Positions 25,112 to 39,012 are shown, counted from the first letter of the stretch. The stretch is DNA of 64,000 nucleotides from Eledone cirrhosa (GCA_964016885.1 OZ024756.1:6262001-6326000), one strand, 5' to 3'. Notes: generated by a model not told the origin, from the letters alone. Made by a program: numbers and translations.

Positions 25112-25847
25112 CAGGGTGTGCAACATATTCCATTGGTGGGCCACTTTTGAACAACTATTAGGGCCAGTCACTGTCAAAGATATAATCTAATGAAAACCAC
25201 AACTTGTTTCCATAACATAGAACTGGGAAATTATAACACACATAACCCTATCAGAACAACTATTAGGGCCATTAATATTTATTAAACACTATTCCGAAGA
25301 TTCACCACAGCTTCTTTCCATAACATAGAACTGGGAAATTATAACACACATAACCCTATCAGAACAACTATTAGGGCCATTAATATTTATTAAACACTAT
25401 TCCGAAGATTCACCACAGCTTCTTTCCATAACATAGAACTGGGAAATTATAACACACATAACCCTATCAGAACAACTATTAGGGCCATTAATATTTATTA
25501 AACACTATTCCGAAGATTCACCACAGCTTCTTTCCATAACATAGAACTGGGAAATTATAACACACATAACCCTATCAGAACAACTATTAGGGCCATTAAT
25601 ATTTATTAAACACTATTCCGAAGATTCACCACAGCTTCTTTCCATAACATGGAACTGGGAAATTATAACACACATAACCCTATCAGAGAATCCCTTAAGT
25701 AGAAGTCAACTAACAGAAGTATTACGGTTACGAAAAAAATTCTAAATAAGCCTACAAGGTAAAACTTAAAAACCGGTCATCGCGAGCCACTCTGACTGAT
25801 CTGGCGGGCCGGATTGTGGCCCGTGGACCATCTGTTGCACACCCCTG
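25112..25847. mobile_element. hAT (Charlie-like) MITE carrying a 108-bp tandem array
   Basis: TIRs cagggtgtgcaaca / tgttgcacacccctg; 8-bp TSD-like ccctagat / tcatagat; internal 108-bp unit x ~4.4 (25211-25687). Confidence 0.8.
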
Positions 25848-26099
25848 TCATAGATGATACGAAAAGGAGGCGCAGATCAAGGACGATTAGACAAAGAAAG
25901 AAAGAAAGGTGAAAGGAGAGACGGTGACAGACTCTACACCCCAGAGCAGTGTTTAGGATGTGCTCCGTGAACAAAATTACACACATTTCCACTGACAATG
26001 GCCAACGTCGCTCGCAAATAGAAAACACAAAACAAAATAGGAAAAATTGTTTTTGTGTATAAAACATTAATTGGAAAAGTTTGAAGCGATGAGTGTATA

Positions 26100-26480
26100 T
26101 AAATATTGGTAAAATTTGAGTATTCTCAGAGTACAAGGTAGCCGGTACCAGCTGTATACTATTTCCATAGTAATATTTTGGGGATAAGATCTAACCTCAA
26201 ATTGAACGCCAAGTACCTTATTCTAGTTAATATTTCTATATATATCTCTCCATCGATCTAGTCAACATTTTTCTCATCGCTTCCTCCTCCCCTCTCTTTC
26301 TATTTACCCCTCTTTTTTCTCATCTCGTCCCCACCCCACCCCCCCTCTCTCTCTCTCACACACTCTCCGTTCGATTTGTGGTTATATCTTAACACCCAAC
26401 AAATATTTTACTATGTAAATAGTATACAGCTGGTAACGTCTAACTTCCGGGCTGAGAATACTCAGATTTTACGAATATTT
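26100..26480. mobile_element. Fold-back/MITE-like element with ~85-bp degenerate TIRs
   Basis: taccagctgtatactattt versus aaatagtatacagctggta; tgagtattctcag versus ctgagaatactca; interior resembles 24028-24180. Confidence 0.6.
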
Positions 26481-26784
26481 ATTTGTGTGTATATAAAGAA
26501 ACAATAAAGACGACATTTTGTGTGACGTTGTCTCTATACACTAGTTATACACTAAATATATTTACCTATACTAGTTGGCTTAAGTCGAATATAATATTGA
26601 CTGCTAGATTAAATGGTAATATAGTTGACTTAAGGTTCTAAAACATGTCTTGTCCTATCATATCATATTCTATTGTTTAGATGGAAATAACAATCACATT
26701 AAGTCTTACAATTAATAGCCATAACTGTGTTGTATGGTGTCTTATACACATTCCAGTTATGGCCGACAATACATTCTCTGCCTC

Positions 26785-26818
26785 GTATATACATATATAT
26801 ATATATATATATACAAAC

Positions 26819-26855
<37 letters not shown>

Positions 26856-26858
26856 AAC

Positions 26859-26895
<37 letters not shown>

Positions 26896-26898
26896 AAC

Positions 26899-26941
<43 letters not shown>

Positions 26942-26944
26942 AAC

Positions 26945-26992
<48 letters not shown>

Positions 26993-27024
26993 TATGTACA
27001 TACACACAGAAACACACACACACT

Positions 27025-27073
<49 letters not shown>

Positions 27074-27251
27074 TATGTACATACACACAGAAACACACAC
27101 ACACACTTATAACATACACACACACACGTATATATATATATATATATATACATACATACACACACACGCACGTATATATGTATGTATATATATATATACA
27201 TAATGTGCATTGTCACACAAACACGCACACACACATATATATAATATACAT

Positions 27252-27282
<31 letters not shown>

Positions 27283-27349
27283 ATATACATACACACACAA
27301 AAACATATATATATATATAATATACATACACACACAAACACACACACAC

Positions 27350-27407
<58 letters not shown>

Positions 27408-27448
27408 CTGCACCTCTAATGTATACATCGCAAACGTACACACATACG

Positions 27449-27513
<65 letters not shown>

Positions 27514-28018
27514 ATAAGTACTTAGTGAAATCCTTACGATGTTGTTTTATCCTCTTTTCTTCCCAAGCCGCTTTAGGAAGGGATTTCTCGTCTGTTTATT
27601 CCAAACAGACGAGAAGATATGTCTATTGATATTTATTTAATATATACACATACGTATATATATATATACGCATACATATATACATACACATATATATATA
27701 TATAAACATACGTATATATATATATATATACGCATACATATATACATACACATATATATATATATACAACCGTATATATATATATATATACACATATATA
27801 TAGATATATACAACCGTATTATACACACGTACATATATATATAGATACACATATATATACACATATGTACACATATATATATAGATACACACATATATAT
27901 ATATATGCATATATACATATAGACATATGTACACGCATATAAACATATATACACATACACACACACACATATCTATATATATATATATATAAATACATGT
28001 AAGAACATATATACACAT

Positions 28019-28071
<53 letters not shown>

Positions 28072-28289
28072 CACGTATAAACATATATACACATACACAC
28101 ACATATATATATATATATATAAATACACGTATAAACATATATACACATATATAAACATATATATACAAACATATACATGTGTGTGTACTTATATGTATGT
28201 GTATCTATATATGTACGTGTGTATCTATATATATATATGTACGTGTATATATATATATATATATGTGTATGTATATATGTATGTATATA
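26785..28289. repeat. (TA)n/(CA)n array with a small unique hairpin island at 27510-27630
   Basis: Visible. Confidence 0.9.
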
Positions 28290-28842
28290 CTCATGGTCGG
28301 GTCGCTGGCGACTAAACTGGCAACCCACCAAGGTTTCTTGGTGAGGAGGGTGACTTTGGATATCCTGCAGGACTAAAAACAAAACCTGTCAAAGGGCAAA
28401 GGAGCTCTTAAGAGTCAATGGCCATCCAAAATCACCGGTGGAGATGACCCCTTAGCCTTTGTCAAGGCAGAATTCTAGGAGAACGAAAACTCTGATATAA
28501 CACCTGCAGCCCTGATGGTATCCAATGATGTTGACTTGTTCTTATTTTTGGTAAATATCATCTTGGTTAAGAGAGTGGGACTGGCTTTGTGCAGTGCCTT
28601 TGCTCACTATAAAAGCTTCACGACACAGGCATTGCTTTATATCTGGAGATCTCTCTGCACTTGTCATCACATGGTACCATGGATCCAGCACTATGTGTCA
28701 ATAATTGTCACAAGTGTAGTGTTTGTACCAATGTTTTCAAGTCGCTGGCTGGACTAAAAAGTCACACTTGTTCAGCGCATCGGTAGGGGTTCTCCTACAT
28801 GGATATAAAGGAGTTTCCGTACTCGAGTTGGCAGCCACCATG
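28290..28842 (+). mobile_element. Element A copy, slightly 5'-truncated
   Basis: Identity to other copies. Confidence 0.9.
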
Positions 28843-29102
28843 TACATATATATATATACACATACATATATATATATATACATATATATATACACACATA
28901 CACACAACACCTACACAAACTGTATGACATCATTTAAGTCATATACCCACACATGCGATGCCAGTTCAACTATAAATCCTACTAGGCAGACGTTTAGGGA
29001 ACAAAGCACAAAGAGAGACATTATTGCACCTTAAATATTTTAACATTTATTTTACAAATATTCATAATCCAATTAAATACACAATATGTTACTGTAATTA
29101 AA

Positions 29103-29530
29103 ATCATCACCATCATTTTACATCCGCTTTGCCCTGCTATGGGCAGTGTCATGTTGTGGGCAGTGTCTGGTCGGCTGACCTTGTCTTGCTCCTACGGAAA
29201 CTGATTCTGGCTTGATTTCAATACATAGATGCCCTTCCTAAAACCAACCACATTTACAGTGAGTGCTGGGTGCTTTTTTTCCCTGGCGCCTACACGTCCA
29301 CTTTACAGTGTGGGCTTGGTGCATTTTTGTCGTGGCACCTCCACGACCACTTTGCAGTGGAATGATAAGGATTCCTGTCCTATCATCTCATTTCTACAGC
29401 TGAGTAAACTGGAGCAATGTGAAATAAAGTGTCTTGCTCAAGGAAACAACGCATCACCCGGTCCGAGAATTGAACTCACAACCTTTCGATTGCAAGCCCA
29501 GTGCTCTAACCACTAAGCCATGTACCTTCA
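29103..29530 (-). mobile_element. tRNA-derived SINE with (GAT)n tail
   Basis: Head at 29450-29530; minus-strand tail cccatagcagggcaaagcggatgtaaaatgatggtgatg. Confidence 0.6.
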
Positions 29531-30011
29531 AATATAATTAACAAAACATCTTTGTCACATAGCAACGTTTTGGAAATACCTAAAGTGTTGGTGTGTGTCG
29601 TAAGTTGTTATGACCATTCACATGGTTTTAGTATGGGCGGATGTGGATTGTGTAGTGGGAATTGCAGGCCTAATAAGTTTGTTCTTGTGGTCAGAGCAAG
29701 GCTATCAAAATCTAGATCAGTTCAGCAAACTGTATCAAATTTAGGAGAAAAGGCGCTGATCAATTATATGTATACACCCCCCTCTATCTCTGTATATATA
29801 TATATATACACACACACACATATATATACATACATATATATATATGTATATATACATACATACATATACATATATACATACATGCACCTATATATACATA
29901 CATATATATATTTAAAGGAACGATCGACTTTCGTCAAATTGGACCGAGGGAACAATGTTTCCGTTGGTCTTTCCAATTGCTAATACTATCTATCAGTCAC
30001 AATTCCAGGTA

Positions 30012-30135
30012 GAAGGAGCAACGTGAACATAAAGTGTCTTGCTCAAGGACATAACGCATCGCCTGGTCCAGGAATCGAACTCACAACCTTACGATTGCGA
30101 ATCCAATTCTCTAACCACTCAGCCACACGCCTTCA
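30012..30135 (-). mobile_element. tRNA-derived SINE head fragment
   Basis: gaaggcgtgtggctgagtggttagag..gagttcgattcc..ccttgagcaagacactt. Confidence 0.7.
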
Positions 30136-30254
30136 TATATATATATAAACATATATATATACATACATACATATATATATATATAAACATATATATATAT
30201 ATAAACATATATATGTATATATATAAACATATATATATATATAAACATATATAT

Positions 30255-30293
<39 letters not shown>

Positions 30294-30315
30294 TATATAC
30301 ATACATATATATATA

Positions 30316-30347
<32 letters not shown>

Positions 30348-30364
30348 CATACATATATATATAC

Positions 30365-30403
<39 letters not shown>

Positions 30404-30544
30404 CATACATATATATATATACATACATACATATATATATATATACATACATATATATATATATATACATACATATATATATATACATACATATATATAT
30501 ATACATGCATATATATATATACATACATATATATATATACATAC

Positions 30545-30579
<35 letters not shown>

Positions 30580-30649
30580 CATACATACACATATATATAT
30601 ACATACATAGAGACACATATACATAGATACATATATACATACATGCACC

Positions 30650-30705
<56 letters not shown>

Positions 30706-30825
30706 CACATATTAATCTTCATGTTATTAAGGCTAAATATTGAGTCTTGTTACTCTGGAGACACGTCTGTTTCTCACAGGTCATCGGTCAAGAACTCTCT
30801 CTCTCTCTGTATATATATATATTGT

Positions 30826-30948
30826 CATTTACTTGCTGCAGCCATCCGGCTGAGGCCATGCTGGGGCACCACCCTTAAACATTTTACCGAAGCCTCCAGT
30901 GAGAATTGAACTCACGTCCTCTCGTTTACAAGACCCATGTTCTAACCT
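30826..30948 (-). mobile_element. Short SINE: tRNA-like head plus LINE-derived tail
   Basis: 30839-30870 is identical to LINE 3' UTR 51735-51766. Confidence 0.7.
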
Positions 30949-31171
30949 ATGATATATATATATAGCAAAATGTGTGAGATCCTTGGTACAATTAGTTATA
31001 TTTATATTATAAAATTAAATCAAATATTTTTTAACACAAGTGAAGTAATTCTTTTCTCATTTTTGTTAATGTGTGTGTATGTGTGCGCGTGCGTGCGTGC
31101 ACAAATAACACAATCGGTACAGTATATGGAAGGGATATATTAAGTTAACGTTTGGAATAGCAGGGGAGGGG

Positions 31172-31209
31172 TTCTTAACGTTTCGGACACTAATCCTTCA
31201 TCAGAAAAA
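31172..31209 (-). ncRNA. Minimal type I hammerhead ribozyme (family H1, second copy)
   Basis: ttttt CTGATGA a ggat tagt gtcc GAAA cg TT aagaa; downstream sequence matches 8230-8300. Confidence 0.8.
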
Positions 31210-31729
31210 AAAATGAGAAATAAAATAGATTGATGGGAGGGCCGGGTTGGAATTTGAAAAAATGTCTTTAGATAAAAATAACAGGTCTATTCAGGCTGAC
31301 GTGCGTGCGTGCGTGCGTGCATGTGCGTGTGCGTGTGCGTGTGTGTGTGTGTGAGTATGGGTATAATATAGTTATATATATTTCCCTGAGATTCTAAGTC
31401 CGCTTCGCCTTCAGGGTTGCACCAACAGAATAAACATTTCATTAACTTTACCAATATTTTCAGCCTTTTATCACTGGTAAAATATAGTCGGTAATGAACT
31501 ACTGGAGTCATTTATCTAGTTTAAATGTCTATACAATATACGATAGCATTACATTATAAACCGCCATACTTTTTATCTACTGGAATCTTATAATTCTTTA
31601 CAATTTTCTCAAATTAATTATCTTCCAGTCATTTAAATATTGTTTCAAACCAGCTCCAACTATTACAACTATAGGGTAATGTTCCGACAATAAAAGTCTG
31701 TGGATGACAACAAGTCTATGGACAAGAAT

Positions 31730-31846
31730 AAGAGTTCAAATCCCGTCGTGATTAACTTTGTTTCTCATCCTTACGGGGTCGATACAATAAAGTACCAGTA
31801 ATGCACTAGGGTAATTGCTGGCCTTGTACCAAAAGTAGAAACAATT
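31730..31846 (+). mobile_element. SINE, 5'-truncated
   Basis: B box, core and tail. Confidence 0.75.
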
Positions 31847-32432
31847 ACTAGTCTGTGGATATGAACATAGAATCAGTTAACTGGCTAAACCCCAGCTTTG
31901 TCATTCAGGCGACAAATCTTTTTAAATAAAGATAAAGAATTCCGCAGATTTTCAGGTAGCGCTAATTTACATTTTTTGTAAAAGATTTAAAAATTAATCG
32001 CAAGGGAAATAACTCTAATGAACTAATGGCAGGAATTATGATAAATACGTTAATAAGTGCTGTACTCGAAAACGCACTCAAAATATTCTCAATTAATTTA
32101 AATTTCTCGTAATTGGTATGTCACCGCTTAACGTGTTTTAATTAAACAAGATGTCTGACATAAAAATGTAATTTATCGCTGGAAATAGTGACGTGATATG
32201 TGATATGTGCTTGCGATAATGCGTTAACGTGCCTATTTAATTGGAGGCAGAAACAGTCTCCCTCGTGAAACATCCATACTTGTCTGGTCAAAACTAGGGT
32301 TGTACCTCTCTTGAACATGCTACCTCCAACCCAGTGGAACTTCCAGGATGATACTGCTACAAAGAGGGAGGATTGTATCGAAACTATCTTTGTACTTTCA
32401 TTATGGACTAGCAAAATTATGGACTGAGAAAA

Positions 32433-32625
32433 AGGCGGTGGATTGGCAGTATCGATAAATGGTCGGACGCCATGCTTTGCAGCAAAGAGTTACGGCGCTT
32501 TATGGTCTGAGTTCAAATCCCGCCGAGGTTAACTTTGCCTTCCATCCTTACGGGGTTGATAAAATAAAGTACCAGTAATACACTGGGTGATTGCTGGCCT
32601 TGTACCAAAATGTAGAAACAATTAT
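32433..32625 (+). mobile_element. tRNA-derived SINE with Deu/Nin-like core
   Basis: Full copy. Confidence 0.85.
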
Positions 32626-32744
32626 GGAGTAACAAAATAATGTAAGGAAAATAAACCTCGTGGAGAATGACTCTACCAAAGGTCTATAGTATGTGTAGAT
32701 TATTGCTGAACAGTGTATTCCATTGAACTATATATAACATGCAT

Positions 32745-33075
32745 GTATGTCCCCATGACCCCTGAGGAAGTCGTAGGGGCGTTGTATTGACATACAGCGT
32801 TTCTAGGACAATTTTTAAAACCCAGCGGAGCCCATCTCGTCTCCTGAGTACAGAAGATTTCTTCCAGATAAAGATAGACAGTGAGAGTAAGGACGTGAAA
32901 AATAGATAAAGAGGAAGAATAGACCCCAGTACTAGACCGGTACTCATTTATCGGCTTCGAATGGATAGATTTCAAATCTGACCCCGGTGGGACTTGAACT
33001 GAGACAGCAGAGAACCAGAATAAATACCGCAAAACATTCTATCCAAAGTTCTAACGACTCTGCCAATTCACCTCC
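32745..33075 (-). mobile_element. SINE, long-tail subfamily
   Basis: Similar to 23355-23692. Confidence 0.65.
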
Positions 33076-33924
33076 ATATATAATATAGCATGTATAATTA
33101 TTATTGTTTTTTATCGTTATCGTAATGATTGTCTAGATCCAAGTGAGTTCCGATCAAGTAACTTTCTGATAAGAGACGTTCAAGAATTGACCATTCCGGG
33201 CTCACTGTAATTTGACCAATCTTGTCTTTGTATTTGATAAGCTAGGATGTGGTTTGTGAGGGATTTAGTTGCTATTTCTAACTGTTTGAGAAACCATCCA
33301 ATGACATTCTCGTTGGTTAGTTGCATATAAACTGTTTTCTTCTTTCTATCGTTATTTCTTTGGTAAGTTGCAGAATTAAGTCACGTGCATATCCCGGAAC
33401 GCTGTTTATTTAATTATATATTTATTATTTGCTCATTAAATTAATTAACTTCAATTTGAATTTTTTTATTTTCATTTAATATTATTTAATTTTATTTCAT
33501 TTCTCATATTTTGAAACTCTGGATAAATCATTAGAAAAATGGTGGGCAAAGTAGGAACGAAGGAATATAATTGGTAATTTCACAAAGCCCCCCACCCCCC
33601 TCACAAGCCCACCTACACCCTCTAGCATAAAAATGTGTTCGGTTTCCTTGTTTTGTTTTCCTTTCCTTTTTTCTGTCTTTTATTTTATTTATTATATGTA
33701 TTTTATTTATTTTCAATATCTTATTATTATTATTATTATTATTGTTACATTTGAGAAACTCATATGTTTATTTTATAAATGTTTAATTTATGGAATCTTA
33801 TTTTCCTAACCAGAGCAGGTGCACCACTTCCGGATGTCTGATAGGGAGAAAAAGTAACATCAAGTCTCACTCATCACCTCCTTTTTATCATCATCATTAT
33901 CATTAATAATATCATCATCATCAC

Positions 33925-33963
<39 letters not shown>

Positions 33964-34146
33964 CTGGGATGATTCACATAGTTTAGGTTGCAAAAGGATT
34001 TATTGGCAGATGTTGGTAAAATGCAGCTTTTTCTTCGCGAACATTTGATAATGTTTCGGTGACTAAAAAATGCTTATACCAATATTTTTTTTTCTTTATA
34101 TAAAATATACACATATGCATATGAAAACAGATTGTGTGTGTGTGTG

Positions 34147-34183
<37 letters not shown>

Positions 34184-34297
34184 TATTTAGGCAGCCATAG
34201 ATTGGTTTGTTGACATAATACATATAACACAATCGCACACATACATACAAAGATACATATATATATATACACATGCATGTACGTATGTGCATATATA

Positions 34298-34333
<36 letters not shown>

Positions 34334-34403
34334 CGTATATCTTTCTCTCATATATATATATACACACACGTACAAGTATATATGTATATATATATACATA
34401 TAT

Positions 34404-35007
34404 ATGGTGGCTGCCAACTCGTTTTCGAGTACGGCCACTACTTTATATCCATGTAGGAGAACCCCTACCGAACCCCTACGAGTGTGATTTTTAGTCGAAC
34501 CAGCGACTTGAAAACACTGGTACAAACACTACACTTGTGACAATTATTTACACACAGTGCCGGGCCCATGGTACCATGTGACGACAGGTGCAGAGAGATC
34601 GCCAGATATAAAGCAATGCCTGAGCTGTGAAGCTTTTATAGTGAGCAAAGGCACTGCACAAAGCCAGTCCCACTCTCTTAACCAAGATGATATTACCATA
34701 AAGAAGAAATAGTCAACATCATTGGATACCATCAGGGTTGCTGGTGACATATCAGAGTTTTCCTTCTAGAATTCTGCCTTGACAAAAGCTAAGGGGACAT
34801 CTCTCCCGGTGATTTTGGATGGCCATTGACTCTTAAGAGCTCCCTTGCCCTTTGACAGGTTTTGTTTTTAGTCCGGCAGGATGCCCAAAGTCACCCTCCT
34901 CACCAATAAACCTTGGTGGGATTGCCAGTTTAGTCGCCAACGACCCGACCATGAGACAGGTTGTACTGGGATACATGTTACCAGTAGCACTAACTGGTGA
35001 TCTGACA
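34404..35007 (-). mobile_element. Element A, apparently full length
   Basis: Identity to other copies. Confidence 0.9.
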
Positions 35008-35029
35008 TATATACATATATATATATATG

Positions 35030-35062
<33 letters not shown>

Positions 35063-35664
35063 GCATATATATATGCATATATATATATATATATATGCAT
35101 ATATATATGTATATATATATATATGCATATATATATGTACATATATATATGCATATATATATGCATAAATATATATATATATACATATATATATGCATAT
35201 ATATATATATATACATATATATATGCATATATATATGCATATATATATATATACATATATATATGCATATATATATATATACATATATATATATGCATAT
35301 ATATATATATATATATATATGCATATATATATACATATATATATGCATATATATATATATATATACATATATATATGCATATATATATATATGCATATAT
35401 ATATATATATGCATATATATATATATATATATATGCATATATATATATATATGCATATATATATATATATGCATATATATATATATATATATGCATATAT
35501 ATATATATATGCATATATATATATATGCATATATATATATATATATATGCATATATATATATATATATGCATATATATATATATGCATATGCATATATAT
35601 ATATATATGCATATGCATATATAAATATGCATATATATATATATGCATATATATATATATATGC

Positions 35665-35711
<47 letters not shown>

Positions 35712-35771
35712 TATATATATATATATATAAATATATATATGCATATATATATATATATATAAATATATATA

Positions 35772-35811
<40 letters not shown>

Positions 35812-35834
35812 TATATATATATATGCATATATAT
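35008..35834. repeat. (TA)n array punctuated by TGCA
   Basis: The same array type resumes at 38436-40407. Confidence 0.95.
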
Positions 35835-36366
35835 AGTAATAATAATAAAATTGAAGACTAAAATCCAAAGAGGGCTCGATAAGGAAAATATATATCAAAT
35901 ATATAAGAACCGTAGAGCAAATATTTATTAAAATAACAGATTAAAGTTTAAGCAAAGAATCGCTGCTTTAACCCTTAACGGGATCTTCTGAAACTAACAA
36001 AGTCAATCTGTAAACGCAGAACTGGATATTTCAAAAAACGTTGCAACCGGAGGAAGACAGGAAGACGATACTTTGGTTCGTGGTAACGTTCGCTGGCAAA
36101 GAACGGGAAACAACAATTATACGTCATTAATAGGAGCGGTGAAAAACAATTACGCGCAAAGACAAAACCACGTTTATGGTATAAAAGAGGTCGTAGACTA
36201 ATGTTCTCTTAGGTGGTGCATAGAGACGTTCTCTGGCAATGAACGAAAAAACGAAGATAATAAGTCATATGTGGAGCGTGGAGAACAATAGCACGCAAAG
36301 GCAAAACCACGTAAATGGTATAGCAGAAATCGTAGACTAAAATTCTACAGATAGTTGTTTATATAT

Positions 36367-36411
36367 AGTCATAGTTCTTTCGTCACACACTCTGTGACCT
36401 CTTCAGGGACT
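36367..36411 (-). ncRNA. Type I hammerhead in the Penelope pLTR (family H3)
   Basis: agtcc CTGAAGA g gtcaca gagtg tgtgac GAAA gaac TA tgact. Confidence 0.75.
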
Positions 36412-36611
36412 GGGGATTCCTTTCTTTGTTTCTGTGCCTCTCCTTTGTTCTGTCCTACGCCATTTTGTTTCTGTGTGTGTGTTGTGTGCTCAGTCTGCGC
36501 ATGCGCCACATCCGGGTGACTGTGTGTGTTTATGTTCATATATTTATTTGTTTATTTACATGTTACTGGTTGGTTGTTTGATCTATGTGTGTGCGTGTTT
36601 TTATTTTGTCC

Positions 36612-36929
36612 TTAATTGTAAGTTGTGATGTTGCTGTTCCACTCATATTTTCTATTTAATTTTGGTTGTAATTCTTTTATGTTTATTGCCTCTGTAATTT
36701 GTCTAAACATTGCGTCTTTTCTGTGTGTAGATTCTATTTTTATTTCTATGTTCTCTAATTTACCCTTGTGTTCTATCTTAGCATGTTGGTAGAGTACAGA
36801 TGATTCTTTATTATCTTGAAGGTCTCGCCATTGTTCATTTATCCGTTCCCCTACACTACGAGCTGTCTCACCTATGTACACTATATTTTTGTCTCTACAT
36901 TGTCCTTCAGTACATCTTATGCTATACAC
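36612..36929 (-). pseudogene. GIY-YIG endonuclease domain of the Penelope-like element
   Basis: YSIRC..VYIGETARSVGERINE..ITEAINIKELQPKLNRKYE; separated from the RT by a stop/frameshift. Confidence 0.85.
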
Positions 36930-37036
36930 TACATTTCTAGTTTTTCAGTTAATATGGGGGCTTATTTTACAGGTTATACGTTTCTTATCTATACATGAGG
37001 GTCTTTGAAAAGGGTATGTCTTGCTAATAAGTGTTT

Positions 37037-38089
37037 TTACGAGGTACCTGGTCTTTCTACTATCTTAATATTGAGTTCATGTTTATTTACGGCTCTTCTA
37101 ATTGTGTAAGCTAATTCACCTCTAGGGGTTGTATTGATGAACATTACACTCTGGTATTTATTGCTATCATACCATGAGTTTATTCTATTAGCCTTGTTCC
37201 TAGTTCTTTCTATTCTATTCCAAAATGTGCTCCTGTACAAGGGGCAGGTCACATTCATGTCATTATTTACCATTTTTTCCCATTTGGTTCTGGCTCCTCT
37301 ATACACTCTGATTTTATCTCTCTGATTGTAGCCAGAGAACTGCATACGTTGGATGAAATGTAGTATGTGTCTCTCTAGTTCTTCGGGGTTACACATGCGG
37401 GACACATTTCTCATCACCCGTACCAAATCCGCAATCAGTATGTTGATTTTGGTATGGTCCGAAATGGCCGAGTTTCGGTGGATCAGATGTTTGGAAGTCA
37501 TGGGTTTGGCATAATGGGAATGGAGGATTTGTTTTTTGTTATTAATGGTATCTAACCAGAGCTCTGTGTCTAGTACAGGTAATCGATGGTTGGGGTGTTT
37601 ACTTGGGTAGTCTATAGTAACTCTAATGCTCTGGTGGATGGAGTTTGCTATTTGCTGGATGCTTTCCATTGTGTTTTTCTCATGTTCCTGACTGTTCTCT
37701 AGTGGGGGTGTCTTAACTACGATGTTTATATCATCTACGTAGCGGGAGTACATTATCAGGGTTAAGGGGTCTTCTAATTGTTCTTTAAGTTTAAGTTTAA
37801 GTCTACTGTCCCACCATACCATGAATAAGTTAGCTATGTCGCCTGCAATGCTAACACCAATGGCTGCTCCTTCCTCTTGGGCATATGTTTTTCCATTAAA
37901 TTTGAACATATGTTCCTTAAGGGTTAGTTTTATGCTGGCCCCTACCGCATGTGCAATCATTTTCTTCAGTTCATCGTGGTTTTCGGGTGTTCGTATGGCT
38001 CTGGTCCACCCGTTCCATCTATCTGTGTGGGTTTTCTTGGCCATTGAGGTAATGGTAGGTGGTCTGCCACTTGCTGGTCTTGTAGGGCA
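37037..38089 (-). pseudogene. Penelope-type reverse transcriptase, C-terminal part
   Basis: FKFNGKTYAQEEGAAIG, IANLFM, SRYVDD, LPVLDTEL, HYAKP. Confidence 0.9.
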
Positions 38090-38192
38090 CGGATGTGGCG
38101 CATGCGCAGACTGAGCACACAACACACACACAGAAACAAAATGGCGTAGGACAGAACAAATGAGAGGCACAGAAACAAAGAAAGGAATCCCC

Positions 38193-38237
38193 AGTCCCTG
38201 AAGAGGTCACAGAGTGTGTGACGAAAGAACTATGACT
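38193..38237 (+). ncRNA. Type I hammerhead in the inverted pLTR arm (family H3)
   Basis: Identical fold on the opposite strand. Confidence 0.75.
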
Positions 38238-38433
38238 ATATATAAACAACTATCTGGTTGTGGAACCAACCAACCAACCAGAAATTTATAAATTTATAAA
38301 TATATAATAAATTGAAGTGAAAGCAACTGGTGCGTGTGTTTCTTATTGGCAACATTACCCTCCTAAAGTATAACAATATCGGTTTCAACACACGATTTCA
38401 GATAAAGAATCTTACTAAACAAATTCAGAAACG

Positions 38434-38435
<2 letters not shown>

Positions 38436-38526
<91 letters not shown>

Positions 38527-38846
38527 TATATATATATATATATATATATATGCATATATATATATATATATATATATATGCATATATATATATATATATA
38601 TATGCATATATATATATATGCATATATATATGCATATATATATATGCATATATATATGCATATATATATGCATATATATATGTATATATATATATGCATA
38701 TATATATGCATATATATATATATATACATATATATATGCATATATATATATATATATATACATATATATATGCATATATATATATATATATGCATATATA
38801 TATATATATATATACATATATATATGCATATATATATATATATATA

Positions 38847-38886
<40 letters not shown>

Positions 38887-38947
38887 TATATGCATATATA
38901 TATATATACATATATATATGCATATATATATATATATATATATATGC

Positions 38948-38980
<33 letters not shown>

Positions 38981-39012
38981 TATGCATATATATATATATA
39001 TATATGCATATA

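Larger units (their letters stand above)
36348..38256 (-). mobile_element. Penelope-like retroelement, 5'-truncated, with inverted pLTR fragment
   Basis: RT and GIY-YIG on the minus strand; 167-bp inverted arms 36348-36514 / 38090-38256, each containing a hammerhead. Confidence 0.9.

Noticed and set aside
38090-38170. Start codon and first ~27 aa of the 377-aa RT ORF
   Set aside because: Derived from the inverted pLTR arm, not the native N-terminus
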